Below, in pieces: positions 57,208 through 64,000 of a DNA stretch of 64,000 nt (positions within the stretch are counted from its first letter, which is position 1; each line of letters begins with the position of its first letter). A program made the translations under genes and the position numbers. Source of the stretch: an uncultured Hormoscilla sp. (GTDB lineage Bacteria > Cyanobacteriota > Cyanobacteriia > Cyanobacteriales > Desertifilaceae); the NCBI GenBank assembly GCA_963921275.4, contig OZ001293.3, positions 5,504,001-5,568,000 on the forward strand, given 5' to 3'. Under the pieces are notes generated by a model. That model saw nothing but the letters and a program-made list of their open reading frames with translations, was not told the origin of the DNA and ran no database searches.

Positions 57208-60200
57208 ATGACAATATCTAAAGGTGAGACAAACCTCTCTGAGTTAGAGCGAGCGATCGCGCTTTATCAGACAGCACTAGAGACCATTGAGTCAGCAAAA
57301 CTAGGGCCGTCAAAAGCACAAGCAATGGAAGTGATCGCGGCCCGGGATGCAGTTCAGGCCGCCCTCAATGAAGAACCATTGGATGGGGTCGAGCCGGGAA
57401 TCGCTTCCCGACCCTCCCTTTCGGAACCGGATTTGCGATTTTCACCGCATCCGGCTACTGGGTACTAGGCCCTTTTCATAGGTAGACTTAATAGGAATTA
57501 CTTCCGTTAGCCCTTGCCGCCTGTCTTTTCTTCCCTTTCCTGGTTTAGCGAGTGGTTGTTCTGATAACCGTTAGTATCACCATTTTCAAGTCAGTTTTAC
57601 CAGTTATCCATACCTTATCCTCCACTTGCGTTTCGGATTAGTTCCGTGGCTTTTTAGGATTACTCATTCCAGCAGCTTCCTAGTATCACCGACCCACGTC
57701 AGCGCTGGCTACCCAGCATCATCTACATTACTGTAGATGTTATCCCAGGAATTACCCCGGGCATTCGCTTCTTGGGCCATCCCTCCCCCCGTGGCTTGCG
57801 CTTAACATCTAACTTGTCCTGATGGACAGCACACGAGAGGTTACTTCGTTCCCTAACAACATTTCGCGATACCTTTAGGTCCACACTATACCCCGGGAGC
57901 TATTTGAGTACTATATTAGCCAGAGTCTAAAACTAATACTAGCTACCATTTCCTTTTTAGGCCAGCGCATATAGCCTTATTTCGCTGGTTCCTTATAACG
58001 AGGCTTGCACATGTTTGCCTGCTCTAACCTTGGATATCTTTCCTAGCGGCGTCACCGGCTTAGGCTGCCAGTTATCCTACATTTGAGTCCTCGCTTAGCA
58101 CCACGATGATGTCGCTTCGTAGCACCGAGGACCGGTGTCACCCCCGTACCTGGGGGGAGGGGAATTTAACCCCCATGCGGTCAGAGTTCCCGGCTAATGA
58201 AACCGGGCTAGCGTTCCGTGTTTGACCACGTTAGGCTAGAACGAATCGCACAGACTCCGCCAAGAGTAGAGCAACTGTCTGTGAGTTGGATAGCAGGTTG
58301 AAAAAACAGGAAAAGGCGATCGCCAGCGCTGGTCCGTTGCCGGAATGGCGCGAGAGCTTGCAGCCACCAGAGTCAGCTTGGTGGTGGTTTTTCTAACCGC
58401 CGATCGACCGGTAGATGCGATTCGACTGGTTGTGGAATGCCTTGACGATTAGCGCCTTAGCATTGTCTGCTAGCTTGATCATGACTACTCTACAGTCTTT
58501 GGCGATCAAAGGATTGACCTGGCAACAGTCCTTTGGAGCCATTCTTCAGGGAGCCGGGTTGGCGGCGATCGGATCCAGCGCACTGACGTCAGAAGGACAG
58601 CAAAAGGTGAGGAACATTCTTAAGAAGACCGGCGTGCCCGAGCGTTTCCAGAGCGAGGCCACTCTGATTGTCTCATTAATGGTGTTGGGAGGTGTCTACA
58701 GCCTGTACAATTTCTTGCCCGGTCGTTTATACGAAAATGGGCTCTCAAGTTATCGGCAGGGGGAGTTGTCCGATGCAGAGGAAAATTTCTTACAGGCGCT
58801 CGAACTGAAACCCGATGATGAGAGGAGCAACATTGCTCTGGGAGAAGTTTACGAATCTATAGGCGATCTCGAAAAGGCGATCGCCCAGTACAAGCAGGCA
58901 TTATCATCGGGCAATCCCAAAGCCTTTAACAACCTGGGGCGCGTGTATATTGACAGAATTGACCCCATCCTAAGAAGGAAAACTTTCTCCTCGCTGAGAC
59001 CTACCTACGGATAGGCTTGCAGCGTGCCAAGGGCACCCGGGAGGAGCCAGATTTGAATGAGGATCCCGATTCCAATAATCCCAATAATATTAAATATGAA
59101 TTGTATAGGAACCTGGGCTGGGCGCTGTTGGAGCAAAAAAAATATCCAGAAGCAGAGTCGGCACTGAAAAAGGCAATTGAATTTGACAATCAGACCCCCG
59201 AATTGCAGCTCGGCTCGGCCATTTCTGAGTGTCTGCTAGCGAAGCTATACAAAATTCAGGGAGATAAGCAACAGCGACAGATGAACTTGAGAGAGTGCCG
59301 GATGCTAGCCCGTCCGGAAACCTTAAATGAATACAAACGGTTGGTTCAGGATGAAGGTATAATGGCAGACTGCATCGACACAACTTTGATCGTCACGGGT
59401 CTGGACAAACTGCCCGTGGAATTTAATGAGTATTGTCGGGCATTGGCTGTGAAGAAACCACTAACAGCACTGACCGATCCTGCTCAAATAGAAGCTTTGG
59501 GGCAGAAGCTGTCAGAAAAAATTCAGCATGCGCTCGTTCCTCATGACAAACGCGCCTTTATCAATGGCAATTTAGTCTACTGGGTAACTGTGGGCGCAGG
59601 AGGGGATGTCATCGCCTTGGAGCCGACGAATAAACTGGCATCTGATGGAGTCCAATATACTCCCCTATTTGCCTTGTTAGAGTCAAATGCTACCCAAGAT
59701 GCTCTGGCTATATTCCAAGTAGTGTTTTCTCCTGACGGTTCCTTTAATGTCAACCCCTTGTCAGAGGAGTCCAAATCTCTAGCAGAGCCCACCTACCATG
59801 CCCCCCGGACGCACGGCGAAAACCCGGGGGGCACGGCCGGAAAAATCGGAAACCCCTCAGGTAAAAACAATTACTGAAGATCCAGCTAAAATAGAAGCTT
59901 TGAGGGTAAAGCTTTTTGATGAAATTGACCGCGTTCGCGTAGCGTGCGCGCAGCGTGCGCGCAGCGCATACTTGGCGCATCGTCCCCAGTTTCAATCAAA
60001 ATTTAGTCTACCAGGTGAGGGTGGACGTACCGTTCCGGAAAAATCGGGGGGCGATCGTCTCCTACGAACCCAAAATTCAACTGGCCTCTGACTTTGTCGT
60101 TCGCGTAGCGTGCGCGCAGCGCATAGAAATTCCCCTCCCCCAATTAGTTTCCCAAAATGCCACCGCGATGTCTCCTGTGTGCTGTGCGCGCAGCGTGGCG

Positions 60201-60316
60201 CAGCCATGTCCCCTGGGACAAGAGCTCTGGCAGAGATATCGAATCGACATAAGGCTCAATTCAAGGTAGTGTTCTCGCCTTTTGGAGCCTTGGAGGTCAC
60301 TCCCTGGCAGCAGTAA
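57208..60316 (+). pseudogene. Membrane-anchored TPR protein, disrupted
   Basis: The N-terminus continues across the intron (EEPL/DSAK..WRESLQPPESAWWWFF*). TM helices, TPRs (ALGEVYE, AFNNLGRVY, RNLGWALL), stops, frameshifts and repeat insertions. Confidence 0.8.
57381..58251 (-). mobile_element. ORF-less group II intron (about 871 nt), antisense to its host gene
   Basis: The minus strand starts GTGCGATTCGTTCTAGCCTAACGTGG. DV TAGCCGGATGCGGTGAAAATCGCAAATCCGGTTC. Colinear with 1617-2451. Confidence 0.9.
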
Positions 60317-60550
60317 GCAGGTAGACCATTGTTCCTATGTTCGTAGTAAGGACTTTAGTCCTTGCCCTCCGGAAGCACGAAGCGTGCTTACTACAAACGG
60401 AAAGCACTTTCTTCCTTGCCCAAGGTAAGCACGAAGCGTGCTTACTACTATGTATACGAACTGCTACGCAGCAGCTAGTGCGCGTAGCGCTATTAACAAA
60501 TTGCGATGGCAAGCACGCTAGCGCTGACGCTGCTACGCGAAACGTGCTGA

Positions 60551-61702
60551 CTACGAACGGAGAGCAACCCTATTCCAGCGAAAATGTGACAGCAGAGGAT
60601 CTGACTTTTGCTGGCAAACAAAATCGGCAATTAAGTTTGCGGTCACGGGTGCGAGAAGAATGCCATTGCGGTAATGACCGACTGCAAGGGTTAAATTTTG
60701 CCAAGGACTGGGACCAAGAATTGGCAATTCATCTGGAGTTGCAGGTCGATATCCCCACCAAAACTCTTGGATCGGAAAATCTTTGATCGCTGGGTAAAGA
60801 CGAATTGCCCGCCCTAACAATGCTTGCATTCCCTCTGGGGTATTGTGGGGAGTGAAACCTACATCCTCAACAGTAGCACCAATTACAATCAAACCATCCC
60901 GGCGGGGCACGATACCAGTATTGGGACCAAATAACACCCGTTGCAGGGGCAGTTCTTCGATGCCGTCCGGGTGTCGCGCTATTCGCCGTACCCCTTGTCG
61001 CGCATCGTGGTATGATTCTGGGACTCGCACTGATAGCATTTGCCCCTTTTTGGGATACACTGGCACGGACAGTAACTGACCCGACCACGCACCCGTTGCC
61101 AGGATGTAGTGCGACCCGCGCATTTCTCCCATGTTGGTCTGGAGACTAATAACTTTTCCTTGCTGCTGCTGGATTTCTTTTACTTCTATTCCCTCGCGCA
61201 GTTCCACCCCCAATAATTGTGCCGCCACTTGCAGCACTTTAGCTAGCGCCCTGCGATTATCAACCTGTGCATCATTAGGGAACCACCAGCCACCGACCAC
61301 ATCTGCTCCTAAACCATCCTGATATTGATGAATCTCCTCGGAATCTAGCCATTTGCCATCCGATTTTTCCGGAACGGTGGTAGTAATGTCATCAGGAATC
61401 TCGTAGACTGGGGCGAGAATGCCGCAGGACCAGTAGCCAGTGTCTAAGCCAGTAATTGCTGTTAACTTGCTAGTCCAGTCGGGATACATAGCCCGGCTGC
61501 GCAAACAAAGGTCAAGCATGGGACCTGGAGGAATGCCTTCACCTTGGGCCGCAAGCATACCCGCTGCGACATGGGCGGCGGCTTCGGTGAAGTTGCGACT
61601 TAAGACTCGTACCTCGCGCATCCCACGCAATTTTAACTCGATCGCGATCGAGAGACCGATCCAGCCACCGCCGATAATTAGGATGTCAGTAGATGAACTC
61701 AT
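60551..61702 (-). CDS. thiO: Glycine oxidase
   Basis: IIGGGWIG, AAGMLA, ATGAWS, PKKGQM, GYRPATPD, GHYRNGILLAP. Confidence 0.92.
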   Translation of the reverse strand: MSSSTDILIIGGGWIGLSIAIELKLRGMREVRVLSRNFTEAAAHVAAGMLAAQGEGIPPGPMLDLCLRSRAMYPDWTSKLTAITGLDTGYWSCGILAPVYEIPDDITTTVPEKSDGKWLDSEEIHQYQDGLGADVVGGWWFPNDAQVDNRRALAKVLQVAAQLLGVELREGIEVKEIQQQQGKVISLQTNMGEMRGSHYILATGAWSGQLLSVPVYPKKGQMLSVRVPESYHDARQGVRRIARHPDGIEELPLQRVLFGPNTGIVPRRDGLIVIGATVEDVGFTPHNTPEGMQALLGRAIRLYPAIKDFPIQEFWWGYRPATPDELPILGPSPWQNLTLAVGHYRNGILLAPVTANLIADFVCQQKSDPLLSHFRWNRVALRS

Positions 61703-61974
61703 GGTTGGTGGTTTGTTATCATCTCTAAGGGTAATGTGGGCTGTGCCCACATTACTGTGAACAGCTTACCAGGATACAACAGGGTAAGCGCAAGAATCAT
61801 GCTTGGGGCATCTATTCTCAACTATCATGATAATGATTGCCATATTATTGCCAATATTGCACAAAGCGTGAGAATGATTTTGTGGTGGCTCGAACCACAT
61901 TTTGGCACAATTTTTCTTGCCTTTGCCCTGCAGGATACAATTATTAGCCATTAGCCATTATCTATGCTTAACTA

Positions 61975-63588
61975 GTGGAAGAACAACACCAAGCCAAACG
62001 TTCTCTGGTTTCCATTGCCAGTATTGTGGCTGCTGCCACGCTGATTAGTAAAATCTTTGGGTTGGTACGCCAGCAAGCGATCGCGGCTGCTTTTGGCGTC
62101 GGTCCCGCCGTGGATGCCTACACCTACGCTTATGTTATCCCTGGCTTTCTGTTAGTGTTGCTAGGAGGCATCAATGGACCCTTCCACAGCGCGATCGTCA
62201 GCGCCTTAGCCAAGCGCAAGCCTGTAGAAGCTGCCCCCCTGGTAGAAACCATCACTACCTTAGTTAGCTGTATTTTACTGCCCGTTACCATTGCTTTGAT
62301 CTTCTTTGCCCATCCCGCCATCGATCTGGTGGCACCAGGCTTAACTGAGACCCCAGAAGGGATGGAAATTCGGGCGATCGCGATCCAGCAATTCCGGATC
62401 ATGGCATCGCTGGCCCTACTTGCGGGTTTAATTGGCCTGGGTTTTGGCACTCTCACTGCCGCAGATCGATATTGGCTGCCCTCCATCAGTCCCTTATTTT
62501 CCAGTGTAGCATTAATTGCAGGCTTAGGGATCTTAGCCCTGCACCTGGGGGAGAAAATTATCCAGCCCGAATATGCCCTATTAGGGGGAGTTGTCTTAGC
62601 CTGGTCTACTCTGGCAGGTGCTATCTTACAATGGTTAATGCAGCTTATTGCCCAATGGAGATCGGGCTTAGGCAGCTTACGTCCCAGGTTTAATTTTCGC
62701 CAGCCTGGGGTCACCGAAGTGCTCAAGGTCATGGGGCCAGCCATCTTTTCCTCTGGCATGATGCAGATTAATGTCTGGATCGATTTATTCTTTGCTTCTT
62801 TCATTCCCCAAACTGCTGCTGGCTTAGCTTATGCTGGTTTATTAGTGCAAACGCCCTTGGGAATTCTTTCCAATACGATCTTGGTGCCATTGTTACCAAT
62901 GTTATCACGGTTAGCAGACCCCAATGACTGGCCAGAACTGAAATTGAGAATTCGCCAAGGGTTGATCGTCACAGCTTTAACTACCTTGCCCCTGGGGGCG
63001 ATGACGATCGTCCTGGCAGTCCCGATCGTGAGGGTAGTATACGAACGCGGTGCCTTCGATCTGGGTGCTTCCCAATTTGTCGCACCGATGCTGATGACTT
63101 ACGGCCTAGGAATGTTTGTCTATTTAGGGCGTGACGTTTTAGTGAGAGTGTTTTATGCCTTGGGTGACGGACAGACGCCCTTTAGAGTCAGTGTAATTAA
63201 TATAGCATTGAATGTCCTGCTAGATTATCTGCTGATTAATAGCTTCGGGGCACCCGGTTTAGTCCTCGCCACGGTCGGCGTGAATGTGATTTCAATAGTG
63301 GCCATGTTATGGTTACTACATCGCAAGCTGCATAGTTTGCCCTTATTGAAATGGAGTTTGCCGATCGCCTCTCTGATCGTCGGCAGCATATTAGCTGGTT
63401 TGGCCAGCTTCGCCACTTCTGAACATTGGGAGCAAATTTTCGGGATAGAAGGCTTGGTAACCCAAATTTTGCAACTGATTGTATCAGCAACTGTCGGCTT
63501 AGGGGTATTTGCCCTATTTGCCACCCAGTTAAAATTACCAGAAGTTGACATATTTATGTCCCGCCTGCGGCAGAAGTTCATTAAGTAG
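61975..63588 (+). CDS. murJ: Lipid II flippase MurJ (MviN)
   Basis: SKIFGLVRQQAIAAAFG, GGINGPFHSA, YERGAF, RVFYALGD. Confidence 0.95.
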   Translation: MEEQHQAKRSLVSIASIVAAATLISKIFGLVRQQAIAAAFGVGPAVDAYTYAYVIPGFLLVLLGGINGPFHSAIVSALAKRKPVEAAPLVETITTLVSCILLPVTIALIFFAHPAIDLVAPGLTETPEGMEIRAIAIQQFRIMASLALLAGLIGLGFGTLTAADRYWLPSISPLFSSVALIAGLGILALHLGEKIIQPEYALLGGVVLAWSTLAGAILQWLMQLIAQWRSGLGSLRPRFNFRQPGVTEVLKVMGPAIFSSGMMQINVWIDLFFASFIPQTAAGLAYAGLLVQTPLGILSNTILVPLLPMLSRLADPNDWPELKLRIRQGLIVTALTTLPLGAMTIVLAVPIVRVVYERGAFDLGASQFVAPMLMTYGLGMFVYLGRDVLVRVFYALGDGQTPFRVSVINIALNVLLDYLLINSFGAPGLVLATVGVNVISIVAMLWLLHRKLHSLPLLKWSLPIASLIVGSILAGLASFATSEHWEQIFGIEGLVTQILQLIVSATVGLGVFALFATQLKLPEVDIFMSRLRQKFIK

Positions 63589-63639
63589 CAGTCAATTACT
63601 AATGGCTAATCGCAATAATCAATTAGCCATTAGAATTAG

Positions 63640-63951
63640 CTACATCTGGCGCTGAAACTCTTCGAGTAGATCCATCAGATTCATTTGTGCCTGCATGGGA
63701 ATGAGTTCAGCTAGAGGGATTTCCCGTTTGCCGCCGCCTAGCTTAACAGGAATATTTTGCAGGATTTGTAGCACCTGGCCTTCCTGTAGAGTATTATCGG
63801 CAAGCATGGGATAGAATTGCTCTGCCAGGACGGTATGCAAATGGGCATCATTTAAGTAGAGATGCCATTTAGCGATGTCTATGTAGACTTTGTCGCCAAT
63901 TTCGGCGGCCAGTGATTCAATTGCTTCTGTCGTGTTCCAGTTAGCACACAT
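63640..63951 (-). CDS. DUF3181-family cyanobacterial protein
   Basis: LAAEIGDKVYIDIAKWHLYL..IPVKLGGG. Confidence 0.8.
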   Translation of the reverse strand: MCANWNTTEAIESLAAEIGDKVYIDIAKWHLYLNDAHLHTVLAEQFYPMLADNTLQEGQVLQILQNIPVKLGGGKREIPLAELIPMQAQMNLMDLLEEFQRQM

Positions 63952-64000
63952 AATTGCTCTAGTATGATATCCTAATTATAGGAGCAAATCCGCCCCTTAT

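Noticed and set aside
60337..60560. ORF 60337-60786
   Set aside because: It is built from intergenic GTTCGTAGTAAGGACTTTAGTCCT / AAGCACGAAGCGTGCTT repeats (also at about 31547 and 47151) plus the thiO antisense strand.

Overview
This window comes from a filamentous cyanobacterium. The HIP1 octamer GCGATCGC is dense, there are heptamer STRR tracts, and ycf34 and DUF928/CHASE2 genes are present. It looks Oscillatoriales-like, and a host-associated lineage such as Hormoscilla is a plausible inference that is not proven here. Intact housekeeping genes (RND pump, dppC-like permease, tsaB, tRNA nucleotidyltransferase, ilvB, 5'-nucleotidase, PhzF, 5-oxoprolinase, thiO, murJ, tRNA-Gly) sit among many pseudogenes and deletion chimeras. 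The mobile load is heavy: two related ORF-less group II introns, two intron-IEP fragments, IS5, IS1 and IS701 elements, MITEs, and 18-63 bp palindromic elements inserted in frame and nested in each other. The most notable items are: (1) a DUF4347-LRR-cadherin surface protein whose 72-bp LRR units are nearly DNA-identical except at five solvent-exposed codons that are mosaically reshuffled; (2) the tiny in-frame or nested mobile elements; (3) the ORF-less introns; (4) several 21-bp-period palindromic arrays, the largest just upstream of a TcmP/DUF5131 pair; (5) an orphan heme-oxygenase-like diiron enzyme; and (6) a PstI-family nuclease paired with an m5C methylase. All calls were made by eye with no database searches. 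Single-base frameshifts could be sequencing errors.
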